Assembly: GCA_963830365.1 (NCBI GenBank)
Contig: CAWHMU010000018.1
Span: 1 to 64,000, forward strand
DNA from: an uncultured Chlamydiae bacterium
Lineage (GTDB): Bacteria > Chlamydiota > Chlamydiia > Chlamydiales > Parachlamydiaceae
Direction: 5' to 3'
DNA length: 64,000 nucleotides
In this document: positions 1 through 10,677 of the stretch, piece by piece
Position numbering within the stretch: the stretch's first letter is position 1
Layout of the letters: each line of letters opens with the position of its first letter
Position numbers and translations under genes: made by a program
The notes under the pieces: model-generated
Told to the model about the DNA's origin: nothing
Databases searched by the model: none
The model's input: only the letters and a program-made list of their open reading frames with translations

Positions 1-12
1 TTCATCCTCGTC

Positions 13-1378
13 TGCTGACGCCGTTTGCACGGCTTCGGTTTTGTATTATATCATCCCACAGGTTGGCACCTGTGGCTACATGCTGCCGCCGTTAACACGG
101 CTTCGATTTGTTATATATCATACCTCGGATTTTAAACTATGGCCGATGCTGCCGCCGTTAACACGGCTGGATACGGCATTTTTTTTAACCACAGGTTGAC
201 ACCTGTGGCTACATGCTGCCGCCGTTAACACGGCTGGATACGGCATTTTTTTTAACCACAGGTTAACACCTGTGGCTACATGCTGCCGCCGCTAACGCGG
301 CTGAATACGGCAATTTCTTTACCCACAGGTTGGCACCTGTGGCTACATGCTGCCGCCGTTAACACGGCTGAATACGGCAATTTCTTTACCCACAGGTTAA
401 CACCTGTGGCTACATGCTGGCGCCGTTAGCACGGCTGGATACGGCAATTTTTTTTAACCACAGGTTGGCACCTGTGGTTACATGCTGGCGTCGTTAACAC
501 GGCTGAATATGGCAATTTCTTTACCCACAGGTTGAAACCTGTGGCTACATGCTGGCGCCGTTAACACGGCTGAATACGGCAATTTCTTTACCCACAGGTT
601 AACACCTGTGGCTACATGCTGGCGCCGTTAGCACGGCTGGATACGGCATTTTTTTTAACCACAGGTTGGCACCTGTGGTTACATGCTGGCGTCGTTAACA
701 CGGCTGAATATGGCAATTTCTTTACCCACAGGTTGAAACCTGTGGCTACATGCTGGCGCCGCTAACGCGGCTGGATACGGCAATTTCTTTACCCACAGGT
801 TGGCACCTGTGGCTACATGCTGCCGCCGCTAACGCGGCTGGATATGGCAATTTCTTTACACACAGGTTAACACCTGTGGCTACATGCTGCCGCCGTTAAC
901 ACGGCTGGATACGGCAATTTCTTTACACACAGGTTAACACCTGTGGCTACATGCTGCCGCCGCTAACGCGGCTGGATACGGCAATTTCTTTACCCACAGG
1001 TTAACACCTGTGGCTACATGCTGCCGCCGCTAACGCGGCTGGATACGGCAATTTCTTTACCCACAGGTTGGCACCTGTGGCTACATGCTGCCGCCGCTAA
1101 CGCGGCTGGATACGGCAATTTCTTTACCCACAGGTTAACACCTGTGGCTACATGCTGCCGCCGCTAACGCGGCTGGATACGGCAATTTCTTTACCCACAG
1201 GTTGAAACCTGTGGCTACATGCTGGCGCCGTTAGCACGGCTGGATACGGCAATTTTTTTAACCACAGGTTGGCACCTGTGGCTACATGCTGGCGCCGCTA
1301 ACGCGGCTGGATACGGCAATTTCTTTACCCACAGGTTAACACCTGTGGCTACATGCTGGCGCCGCTGCCACGGTTGAA
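13..1378. repeat. Tandem array of ~20 copies of a 67-bp REP-like double-hairpin unit
   Basis: Unit CCACAGGT-(TAAC/TGGC/TGAC/TGAA)-ACCTGTGG-CTACATGCTG(C/G)C-GCCG(T/C)TAAC(A/G)CGGC-TG(G/A)ATACGGCAATTTCTTTAC. Starts at 56, 189, 256, 323, 390, 458, 525, 592, 659, 726, 793, 860, 927, 994, 1061, 1128, 1195, 1262, 1329, plus degenerate units near 13 and 123. Confidence 0.97.
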
Positions 1379-1511
1379 TAGTCGGATCAGAACATTAGAC
1401 AAATGCAAAATCTTATTCCTGCTCTTTATCCTTATTCCTTCTCTGTGTCTCTGTGCCTCGGTGGTGAATTTTACCGATTTGTGGTGCCAGCCTTTGCGGC
1501 TTTGCTGATCT

Positions 1512-2129
1512 TTATTCCCAGCTATCAACTTTGAGTGTTGCCAGGATGACGGAGAAATCGAAGCCGCGCCGCACCAGGGCGGCGATGACTTTTTGCTTTT
1601 CGCGGAAGTCGGCGAGGTTGCGCTGGCGGAAGCGCGTCTTGAGCAGCTGGGCGATGGCGGCCTGCTGCTGGCTTTCATCGCCGGACACCTTGAGGGCGCC
1701 TTCGACATGTTCTTTAGGCAGGCCTTTGCAGCTCAATTTGTAGGCAATGGCCCGGGGACCGAGCTTGCGGTCCATCTGACGGCGCACGAAGTTTTTTGTC
1801 CATTCGCTATCGTTGAGATAGCCCCATTGCTGAAAGTCGTTAATGACGCGTTCGATGGTGCTTTCCGAGACCAGGCGCTGCTTTAAAGCGCGCTGAAGGG
1901 TGGCTGAAGGAAGGCTTTGTACGGACAGGCGTTTGATGACATACTGTTTGGCCAGGTTATATTCCAGCGCGTTGAACTGTTCTGCAAATTCTACTAGCGA
2001 CTGGCAATGTTTTGGCAAGGAGGGCCGGCGTCCGAAGATCGAAGTGTGGATCTCTTTCCACGCTTCGTCTTCGCACACGATCGTCAGCAGCAGTTTGCGC
2101 TCGCTATGCGGGACGCAATCGACCTTCAC
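1512..2129 (-). CDS. recX: RecX family regulatory protein
   Basis: GYLNDSEW..FV, LGPRAIAYKLSCKGL and KVIAALVRRGFDF motifs. GTG start overlaps the parC stop. Confidence 0.85.
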   Translation of the reverse strand: MKVDCVPHSERKLLLTIVCEDEAWKEIHTSIFGRRPSLPKHCQSLVEFAEQFNALEYNLAKQYVIKRLSVQSLPSATLQRALKQRLVSESTIERVINDFQQWGYLNDSEWTKNFVRRQMDRKLGPRAIAYKLSCKGLPKEHVEGALKVSGDESQQQAAIAQLLKTRFRQRNLADFREKQKVIAALVRRGFDFSVILATLKVDSWE

Positions 2130-4101
2130 TATTTGGCCTCTTTGGCCGCGGCAGCCGCGGCAGCCGCGGGGGCTGCAGGGGTAGCGGGGGCGGCCGAAGT
2201 TTTTTTAAGGACAGTGACTTTTTTGATCTCTTTGCTCGACATGCGGTTGCCTTTAGCGCCGACGCCTTTGATGAGCACGCTATCGAGATCAAAAGGCGCT
2301 TTGGTCACTCTCTGTTTCAAGCTGGGCATATACAGCATTTCGACGGAGATATCAGGCTGCGTGGTGAGGAAGACAAGTTCCATGCCCTCTTCATAATAGC
2401 GATAGGTTTTCTCCAGCATGAACTTATCGATGATGAAGCGCTTGGCATAGAACAGGTGGCGCTTGGGATCTTTATAGATGGCGCGCATGACCGTCTTCTT
2501 ATCCGCCACGCCCACATAGACCACCTTATTGCCCTCATGGTGCACATACTGCTTCTCGGGCACGTTAATCACCGTGTAGGTGCCGTCTTTGAAGCATAGC
2601 AGCAGCTTATCGAAATTCGTGCATTCGAAGAGGTTGTCGCCGCCGACTTTAGTTCCTACGAAGCCCGTGTCGGGGTCGAAGCCGACCTTGATGGTGCGCG
2701 TCTCGATGGCCCGCATGTTGATTTGCTGGATGGCCTGGAACTGGGTTTTGCGTGGGTAGTGTTTGCCGTATTTATCCAGCAGCCCTTGCAGGTAGTTGAT
2801 GGCGAATTTCTTAAGGTTTTTCAGATGTTTTTCGATGCCAAGCAAAAGCTTCTGCATGGCGGCGATCTCTTCCTGGTTTTTATCCATATCGAAGCGCGAG
2901 ATGCGGCGGATGGGGATGTTGAGCAGGCGTTCCCTGTCATCATACGTCGGCACGCGGCTGAGCTGGGCCTGGAAGGGCAGCAGGCTGTCTTCGATGGCGC
3001 TATGGATCTTGTCGTACGAGGCGATGGTTTCGATCTTTTTATAGAGGCGGTTTTCGATAAAAATCTGTTCGAGGGTCTTGTCGAAGATCTTTTCCAGCAG
3101 GCGCCCTTTTCGATCTCCAGTTCGGCCTTGAGATATTCCTGCAGCTTTTCCAGATGCAGCGCCAGGATCTCATGCACGTCGAGCTCGCATGGGAAGTTGT
3201 CTTTGATGACGATCATCTGTGAGGTCAACGACACTTCGCATTCGGTATAGGCATAAAGCGTCGTGATCAGATCTTCGGCATAGTGTCCGCGCGGCAGCTT
3301 GATCTCGATTTCGACATGCTCTGAGGTGTAATCGTTGATGGCGTCGATTTTGATCTTGCCGCGCTTGGCGGCCTCATCGATGGAACGGATCAGCGATTCT
3401 GTCGTCGTGCCATAGCAGACTTCGCGGATGACGATCGATTTGGGGTCTTTGATATCGATTTTCGCCCTTAGCTTGATCCTGCCCTTGCCGCGCTGGTAGT
3501 CGGAGGCATCCATGACGCCGCCGGTGGGGAAGTCGGGCAGGATTTCTATTTCGCGGCCTTCCAGCAAGTCGATTTCCGCCTGCAGCAGTTCCACGAAATT
3601 GTGGGGCATGATATGCGTCGACATGCCGACGGCGATGCCGTCGGTGCCCTGCATGAGCAGAAGTGGGATCTTGGCGGGCAGGCACACGGGTTCCTGGTTC
3701 CTGCCATCGTACGATGGGACGTAGGCCGTCAGATCGGGGTTGAACATGGTCTCAAGGGCCAATGCCGACAGGCGCGTTTCGATATAACGGGCGGCAGCTG
3801 CCGAATCGCCGGTGAAGATATTACCGAAATTCCCCTGCTGGTCGAGTAGGTATCCTTTGTTGGACACATTGACCAGGGCTTCGGTGATGGGAGCATCGCC
3901 ATGGGGGTGAAAGGCCATGGTCTGTCCGGCCACGTTGGCGACTTTATGCAGCTTGCCGTCATGCATATTCCACAGCGTGTGCAGGATGCGGCGCTGCACG
4001 GGTTTAAGCCCGTCGAAAATATTGGGGATGGCACGATCGAGGATGACATACGAGGCATACTTCAAATAGTGATGCCGCATCAGTTGCTTTACATCTTCCA
4101 T
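2129..4101 (-). CDS. parC: DNA topoisomerase IV subunit A (chlamydial gyrA_2), split by a 1-nt frameshift near 3105
   Basis: DRAIPNIFDGLKPVQRRIL, FHPHGD and AAAARYIE (catalytic Tyr). ORFs 2821..4101 and 2129..2953 join if one G is added to AAGGGCGC. Confidence 0.9.
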
Positions 4102-4103
4102 AG

Positions 4104-5969
4104 TTATTCCTCTGTCTTGGCGGCGATCAAAAGTTCCTGGTCTACGAGCTCATCATTGATGAGATTGCGCATGATGAAGTTCTTGCGCTCAGGAGTATTT
4201 TTGCCCATATAGAATTCCAGCGTGTGCTTGATATCGGAAAGCGTATTCACGCTGACCGGGATGAGTTTGATATCCTTGCTGATGAACTGCTTGAATTCGT
4301 TGGGCGAAATCTCGCCCAGCCCTTTAAAGCGGGTGACTTCGATGCCTTTTTTAAGCTTCTGGATGGCGACGTCGCGCTCCTCTTCGGAATAGCAGTAGAA
4401 AGTCTTTTCCTTATTGCGCACTTTAAAGAGCGGCGTCTCCAGAATGAACAGGTGGTTGTTCACCACCAACCCTTCGAAATAGGTGAGGAAAAAGGTTATC
4501 AGCAGGTTGCGGATATGCATGCCGTCGACATCGGCATCGGTGGCCAATATCACCTTTTGGTAGCGCAGATTGCCGATCTCATCTTCGATATTGAGCGCGC
4601 TCATCAGGTTGAACATCTCTTCGTTCTTATACAGCTGATCCTGCTTCATGCCATAGACGTTCAAGGGTTTGCCGCGCAGCGAGAATACCGCCTGCGTCAT
4701 CGGATCGCGCGACGCGACGATTGAGGCGCTGGCCGAATCGCCCTCCGTCAGGAAGATCATCGAACCCTCGCCACGGCCGGAGCCGTCGGTCAGGTGGTAT
4801 TTGCAATCGCGCAGCTTGGGGATTTTAAACGAGATCTTCTTCTGCTTTTCCTTGGCTTCTTTTTTTACGTTGGACAACTCGCGGCGCAGTTTTTCATTGA
4901 AGACGGTGCGTTCGATGATGGCGTTGGCGGTGGTCGGATTTTTGTAGAGGATATCGACGACAGCCTCTTTAATTTCCTGTACCAGCGGCCCTCTAAGATC
5001 GGTATTACTGAGTTTGTTTTTGGTTTGCGATTCAAAGATAGGATCTTTGACTTTAACCAGAATGGTCCCTACAATGCCCTCGCGGACATCGACGCCCTGG
5101 AAATTCTTTTTGGAAAATTCATTGACGCCTTTAAGCAGCCCCTCGCGGAAGGCTGAAAGATGCGAGCCGCCGTCAGAGGTGTGCTGCCCGTTAACGAACG
5201 AGAAGTATGTCTCGCCATAGCTTTGGGTGTGCAGAAAGGCAAATTCCACCTGTTTGCCGCGGTAATGCAGCGGCTCATAGAGGCGGTCTTCGGGGACTTC
5301 TTCATTCAGCAGGTCGAGCAGGCCGTGCTTCGATTCTATGGTCTCGCCATTGAAATGCAGCGTCAAACCGGTATTCAAATAGGCATAATGCCACAGGCGC
5401 TTGACGATATATTCCTTTTGAAAGCGGTATTTTTTAAAAATCTCGACATCGGGAATGAATTCGATATAGGTGCCGTTGGGCTCCTTCGTCTTGCCGCCTG
5501 TTTCGTCCAGCTTGAGTCCTTTGGAGAAAACGGCTTCCACATACTCTCCCTCGCGATAGCTGCGCACAAGGAAATGACTGGAAAGCGCATTGACGGCCTT
5601 GGTGCCCACGCCGTTGAGTCCGACAGAAAACTGGAAGACGTCATCATTGTATTTGGCGCCGGTATTTATCTGGCTGACGCATTCGACGACTTTGCCTAAG
5701 GGGATGCCGCGGCCAAAATCCCTTACCGAGACCTTGCCTATGTCCTCATCGATATCGATCAGGATTTTCTTGCCGTGCTTCATGATGAATTCATCGACGC
5801 TATTGTCGACAACTTCCTTAAGCATGATGTAAATGCCGTCATCGGGGTGTGAACCATCCCCCAAACGGCCGATGTACATACCGGAGCGCAGGCGGATATG
5901 GCTTAGCGCATCTAGCGTTTTCACGCTGCTTTCATCGTATTGTTTTGTCATAGTTGTCATATAATTCAA
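4104..5969 (-). CDS. parE: DNA topoisomerase IV subunit B (chlamydial gyrB_2)
   Basis: GHKL motifs EVVDNSVDE, DFGRGIP, GLNGVG. TOPRIM motifs TEGDSA, DADVDG. TRFKGLGE. Confidence 0.93.
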   Translation of the reverse strand: MNYMTTMTKQYDESSVKTLDALSHIRLRSGMYIGRLGDGSHPDDGIYIMLKEVVDNSVDEFIMKHGKKILIDIDEDIGKVSVRDFGRGIPLGKVVECVSQINTGAKYNDDVFQFSVGLNGVGTKAVNALSSHFLVRSYREGEYVEAVFSKGLKLDETGGKTKEPNGTYIEFIPDVEIFKKYRFQKEYIVKRLWHYAYLNTGLTLHFNGETIESKHGLLDLLNEEVPEDRLYEPLHYRGKQVEFAFLHTQSYGETYFSFVNGQHTSDGGSHLSAFREGLLKGVNEFSKKNFQGVDVREGIVGTILVKVKDPIFESQTKNKLSNTDLRGPLVQEIKEAVVDILYKNPTTANAIIERTVFNEKLRRELSNVKKEAKEKQKKISFKIPKLRDCKYHLTDGSGRGEGSMIFLTEGDSASASIVASRDPMTQAVFSLRGKPLNVYGMKQDQLYKNEEMFNLMSALNIEDEIGNLRYQKVILATDADVDGMHIRNLLITFFLTYFEGLVVNNHLFILETPLFKVRNKEKTFYCYSEEERDVAIQKLKKGIEVTRFKGLGEISPNEFKQFISKDIKLIPVSVNTLSDIKHTLEFYMGKNTPERKNFIMRNLINDELVDQELLIAAKTEE

Positions 5970-6063
5970 AAAATGATGGAAAATGGAATACAGAAAAACA
6001 GAAGATCGAATATATGTAAATACGAAAACTTCGCGTATTCCCTAAAATCAGGAGCTTGCCTGC

Positions 6064-7091
6064 ATGCGTAATAATGCCTTAGACATCTTTAAAGATAAAT
6101 CAATTTTAATCACCGGCGGCACCGGGAGCTTCGGCCAGGCATTTACCCGCCGCCTATTGAGCGATAACCAGTGCAAAAAAGTCGTCATCTTCAGCCGCGA
6201 TGAATGGAAACAGTCGGAAATGCGCCAAAATGACCCCCTTTCGACCACCCCAAAATCCGCTATTTCCTTGGCGATGTGCGCGATAGCCAGCGCCTGGCAC
6301 GCGCCTTCAACGAAATCGATTTCGTCGTCCATGCCGCCGCCCTGAAACAGGTGCCGGCCGCCGAATACAACCCCACCGAATTCATCAAAACAAATATCCT
6401 GGGCGCCATGAATGTCATCGACCAGGCCATCAACTGCGGCGTACAGAAAGTCGTGGCCCTCTCCACCGACAAATCGGTGAATCCCATCAACTTATATGGC
6501 GCCACCAAACTCTGCTCCGACCGCCTGTTCGTCGCCGCCACCTCCTATGTCGGCGCGCGCGGCTATCCCCATATGTGCGTGGTGCGCTACGGCAACGTGC
6601 TAGGCAGCCGCGGCAGCGTCATGCCCTTCTGGAAAAAACTCATCGCTAACGACGCTGCCAGCCTGCCGATTACCGACCAGCGCATGACCAGATTTTGGAT
6701 CACGCTGGATCAGGCCGTCGACTTCGTCATCGCCTCTTTTGCCAGGACGCGCGGCGGCGAGGTCTTTGTGCCTAAAATCCCCAGCATGCGCATCGAAGAT
6801 CTAGCCAACGCCATGGCCCCCAACCTGCCCCATACCTATTGCGGTGTGCGCGAAGGGGAAAAGCTCCACGAGCTGATGATCGGCATCGACGACGCGCGCC
6901 ATACGCGCGAATATGACGATCACTATATGATCATTCCCGATACCTACATCAGGAACAAGGATGTCTTGGAACACTTCCTGCACGGACGCCCAGGCAAGGA
7001 GCTGCCCGAAGATTTCAGCTTTGCCTCCAATACTAACCAGCACTGGCTTTCGGTCGAAGAGCTGCGCGCCCTGCTGCCCTCTGTTTTATGA
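6064..7091 (+). CDS. pseB: UDP-N-acetylglucosamine 4,6-dehydratase (PseB/FlaA1 type), split by a 1-nt frameshift near 6240
   Basis: ITGGTGSFG, FSRDEWKQ, HAAALKQVP, STDKSVNPINLYGATK, RYGNVLGSRGSV, GVREGEKLHE. ORFs 6064..6345 and 6276..7091 join on adding one T. Confidence 0.88.
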
Positions 7092-7184
7092 AAACTTCAC
7101 CTACGCAAAGAAAAAATTGGAAATTATTGTGGCTTGTGCACTATAAGCGTCTTCTGGATGGAAACGAATAAGGAGTAGCTAAAG

Positions 7185-8210
7185 ATGCGTGTAGGAGTCC
7201 TCGGCATCAATCATAAACTCGCCGGCCTAAAACTTCGCGAACTGCTCGCCAAAAACTGCCAGCGCCGCTTTGCACCCGGACAATCCACGCATGGCGCACA
7301 TAGCTTCATTTTGCTTTCCACCTGCAACCGCACCGAAGTCTATTTCTCCTCTGAAGAGCTCGCCGACACTCACTCCTACCTGCTCGCCATCCTGCGCCAG
7401 GATGTGAGCGAAGATTTCGACCAGAAGCTCTACTCCTATTTCGGCCAGGATTGCCTGCTGCATCTATGCCGCGTCACTGCCGGACTTGACAGCGCCATCA
7501 TCGCCGAAACAGAAATTCAAGGGCAGGTGAAAAACGCCTACGAAAACGCCCAAGCATATCACCGCCTGCCTTTCGAACTCCATTACCTCTTTCAAAAATC
7601 GTTGGGCATCGCCAAAAAAGCGCGCCTCGTCTTGCCCGCCAAACCCGGCCTGCCTGACATCGAACACGCCATCTTTCAGACCGGCCAACATTTTTTTGGA
7701 TCTCCCTCGGAAGCCAAAATTCTCTTTGTGGGGGCCTCGGCAATCAATGAAAAGGTATTGACCTATTTAAAAAGCAAAAGCTTGCCGTACATCGCATTAT
7801 GCAACCGTTCGCAAGACAAGGGTCGCCTAATGGCCGAAAAGCACGGCATAGCCTTTGTAGAATGGGAGGCTATCGCCAGGTGGCATGATTATGACTGGGT
7901 AATACTAGGCACTAAAGCACCGGACTTTTTAATCAAGCCAGATCCTTTGTCACAGCTCTCGCTGATGGGTCAAAAGCTCATCATCGACCTTTCGGTGCCA
8001 CGCAATGTCGACCCTGATATCGCCCGCCAACCCTTGCTCACCCTCCTCAATATCGACCAGATAAATAAAGGCCTGCATATCCGCAAAAAACGCCTGGAAC
8101 ACTCCCTTAACCTGGCCGAAGACCTGATCACACAAGCCACTGACCAGCAGATGCTACTCTTCAAAGAAAAAGAAAGCTGCCGTCTGCGCCTCTGCGCCGC
8201 CAGCGCCTAA
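7185..8210 (+). CDS. hemA: Glutamyl-tRNA reductase (short chlamydial type)
   Basis: LLSTCNRTEVY, GLDSAIIAETEIQGQVK, DLSVPRNVD. AGGAG RBS upstream. Confidence 0.92.
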   Translation: MRVGVLGINHKLAGLKLRELLAKNCQRRFAPGQSTHGAHSFILLSTCNRTEVYFSSEELADTHSYLLAILRQDVSEDFDQKLYSYFGQDCLLHLCRVTAGLDSAIIAETEIQGQVKNAYENAQAYHRLPFELHYLFQKSLGIAKKARLVLPAKPGLPDIEHAIFQTGQHFFGSPSEAKILFVGASAINEKVLTYLKSKSLPYIALCNRSQDKGRLMAEKHGIAFVEWEAIARWHDYDWVILGTKAPDFLIKPDPLSQLSLMGQKLIIDLSVPRNVDPDIARQPLLTLLNIDQINKGLHIRKKRLEHSLNLAEDLITQATDQQMLLFKEKESCRLRLCAASA

Positions 8211-8225
8211 AAAAAGGAGTTCGAA

Positions 8226-8816
8226 ATGAAGAAATTCGCCGCTTTCTTGCTTGCCGCCGCCTCGCTCTGCACCCTTAACCCTGCCAGCGCCAAGGCTGAA
8301 ATTGAAAGTGTCGTCGTCAGGTGGGATCCATTATCCTGCCAGGAATCATGCATCAAGCAGCTGGATAAAGAGTTTAGAAAAATTCCGGGCGTGGTGGAGG
8401 TCTCCGTCGGTGCAGGCGAAGCCTCGCTGAAATACCGCAAAAACTCACCCTTCTCGTTCACCCCTCTTAAATATGCCCTGGCAACTATCGGCCTCAATTC
8501 ACGGAATGTGCGCGTACGCATACGCGGCACGCTGCACCACACCGACAAAGCTGTCACACTGGTTTCAGATGGCGATAACACAAGCTTCACCTTGATCAAT
8601 CCCGTCGTACCTGATATGCACGGACAATCCGCACAGTATAACCTGGATGCCCGCCAGCTGCAGCCGGCACTGCGCCAAAAACTCCTCGATGCAGAAGCCG
8701 AAAAGCAGACGGCCACCATCGAAGGTCCTCTCTACAGACCCCAGCGCGAGTCCGAATTGAGGCTGGTGGTGGAGCAATCCAGCTTCACCAAGCCTAAAGC
8801 CGATAGCAAGAAATAA
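8226..8816 (+). CDS. Exported hypothetical protein with an HMA-like N-terminal domain (CxxxC)
   Basis: Signal peptide MKKFAAFLLAAASLC..AKA, then SCQESCIKQL...IPGVVEVSV. AGGAG RBS. Confidence 0.75.
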   Translation: MKKFAAFLLAAASLCTLNPASAKAEIESVVVRWDPLSCQESCIKQLDKEFRKIPGVVEVSVGAGEASLKYRKNSPFSFTPLKYALATIGLNSRNVRVRIRGTLHHTDKAVTLVSDGDNTSFTLINPVVPDMHGQSAQYNLDARQLQPALRQKLLDAEAEKQTATIEGPLYRPQRESELRLVVEQSSFTKPKADSKK

Positions 8817-9081
8817 GCGCCCAAGAAAGGATGAAGCGGACTTAGCAGACGAAGCGGACGTAGGTCCACGCCCCCGTCGGCTCAGCCCGCTGCGTGCATT
8901 TCTTTGCATACCGATTTGCCGGATGAACCCTCTTAAATAGCTTCAGGGACGACAAAAAGCAAAATGTCTCCAGCATCCATCATTAAGACTTGTTAATTTT
9001 TCCGGAATTATGAGATCATCCCCCGGACTTAAGGGAGAACAAGCGAGAATGTTGAAGATTCTTGCAGGAATAGCTGTGTCC

Positions 9082-9172
9082 TTGAGAATGCAACCTTGAG
9101 AATGCAACCTTGAGAATGCATCCATGAGAATGCATCCATGAGAATGCATCCATGAGAATGCATCCATGAGAA
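9082..9172. repeat. 14-bp tandem repeat, 6.5 copies of (T/A)TGAGAATGCA(A/T)CC
   Basis: Directly visible. Confidence 0.95.
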
Positions 9173-9278
9173 AATGACTTAATCAGAGAAACCGCTTCGC
9201 CTCTTTCCTGAATTGATAGCATTGAGGAGGGTCGCGCTGGGCTATCACACAACATTACTAATTAACTAGAGATAATAT

Positions 9279-10388
9279 ATGGCATTAAAAGTTTTATCAC
9301 CGCACATTTACGACTTTAATCGTGGTACCCAGCCGCACAGCGGAGAGTTAAGACGTTGCGGGTCATTACCCCTGTTTCCTCGACCACCAGTTAGTCCTGT
9401 ACAACGACCTGCTACCTGCAGTTTGACTTCAAGCTCCTTTATATATCAGAAGGCCCCTGCTTCCTGGTTTCAAGCGAATGACTTTGACGGCCCCCCTGAA
9501 GCGGAAGGAAAAAGCAACACATTGGAAAAAACTTCAAAGACTGCTCAAGAATCACTAGGAGCAGGGTTGGAGGAGATGTCTTGTCCCCCGAAACCTATCG
9601 AAGCGGAAGAAAAAAGCAACACATTGGAAAAAACTTCAAAGATTGCTCAAGGATCACTAGGAGCAGGGTTGGAGGAGATGTCTTGTTCCCCGGAACCTAT
9701 CGAAGCTGAATGTAAAAGGGCGTTATTAAAGAATAAGCTCAATATGATAGTAGAATCGGTGACCGGCAGTTTGAAAGACTTGGAGCCGGTAAAGTATGCC
9801 GATGAAATTAAGGGTATCGAAAAAATCGATTTGAACGCTGTTCTGACAGGTAAATATTCTAATGATCATGCTAAGGATATAAGGACTGCCGTCGTCGATA
9901 TTTGCATAAAGATTGCCACCTGCTGCAAACTGGACCATATCGAGCCATGGATAACAGACCTGTCAGATTTATCGGAAAAAGAAAGGGAATTGATCAGCAG
10001 CAAAGACATCATGCTTGCTATGATAACTTTCGATCCCGATTTTATCAATTTTGCCCCGAAAGAACTCATCACGAATAAGAAATTCATTTTGGATGCTGTC
10101 GCGAGAAATGGGATGGTTCTAAAGAATATTCCCGAATGGCAGCATGATTATAACGTTGTATTGACAGCCGTCATGCAAAATGGCTATGCGATTTCGCATG
10201 CCAGTGAAAAGCTTAGCCATAATGTAATGCTTGGAACTGCAGCGGTCTTACAATGCAATGATGCCATCAGCTTTCTCCCTGAGACCCTCAAAAAAAATAA
10301 AGATATTTTAAAAGCCGCCGGCTGCATGGCAGGTTTGCTGCCAACATTTTCGCATAAATCTGCGTTGGCGCATAGAATCCGAGCATGA
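9279..10388 (+). CDS. DUF4116-like repeat protein, candidate effector, with an internal 34-aa duplication
   Basis: C-terminal repeats FILDAVARNGMVLKNI / VVLTAVMQNGYAISHAS. Ser/Pro-rich N-terminus. 102-bp in-frame repeat at 9498 and 9600. Confidence 0.7.
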   Translation: MALKVLSPHIYDFNRGTQPHSGELRRCGSLPLFPRPPVSPVQRPATCSLTSSSFIYQKAPASWFQANDFDGPPEAEGKSNTLEKTSKTAQESLGAGLEEMSCPPKPIEAEEKSNTLEKTSKIAQGSLGAGLEEMSCSPEPIEAECKRALLKNKLNMIVESVTGSLKDLEPVKYADEIKGIEKIDLNAVLTGKYSNDHAKDIRTAVVDICIKIATCCKLDHIEPWITDLSDLSEKERELISSKDIMLAMITFDPDFINFAPKELITNKKFILDAVARNGMVLKNIPEWQHDYNVVLTAVMQNGYAISHASEKLSHNVMLGTAAVLQCNDAISFLPETLKKNKDILKAAGCMAGLLPTFSHKSALAHRIRA

Positions 10389-10469
10389 TATTGGCCTTTG
10401 ATCGTCTTAAACGATAGGAAAAACAAATAGTGAAACTGTTGGTGGAGCAATCCAACTTCACCAAGCCAA

Positions 10470-10677
10470 AAAACCTGTTAGCTGCTTGCGTTGTCGCATC
10501 TCCTCCGCGTCTCTGCGTGGGCATGGCATTCACAGGCCATTGACTAGGTACTGACCAGGTACAATGATTCAAGTTTCCCTGCTATGCTACTTTCTAGAAA
10601 ATTTAACGCAGAGACGCGGAGGAGACGCGACGACGCAAGGAACTGCTAGCTTTGGAGCATCAACTTGAGCGGATAGC
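10470..10677. mobile_element. ~200-bp MITE-like element, reverse-complement copy of 22587..22800
   Basis: Shared TTCTAGAAA, ATTCACAGGCCATTGA and AACGCAGAGACG..GACGCGACGACGCAAGGAACTG blocks in opposite orientation. Confidence 0.7.

Noticed and set aside
13..1378. CRISPR array
   Set aside because: The period is CRISPR-like, but the sequence between hairpins is near-identical between units (no unique spacers) and no cas genes are in the window.
1349..1708. 119-aa ORF
   Set aside because: Overlaps recX out of frame and reads through a CTCTGTG-type repeat and the array end.
2129..2953. Separate gene downstream of parC
   Set aside because: It is the C-terminal part of the frameshifted parC.
8943..9255. 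ORFs with repeated HGCIL/MDAFS peptides
   Set aside because: Translations of the 14-bp tandem repeat.
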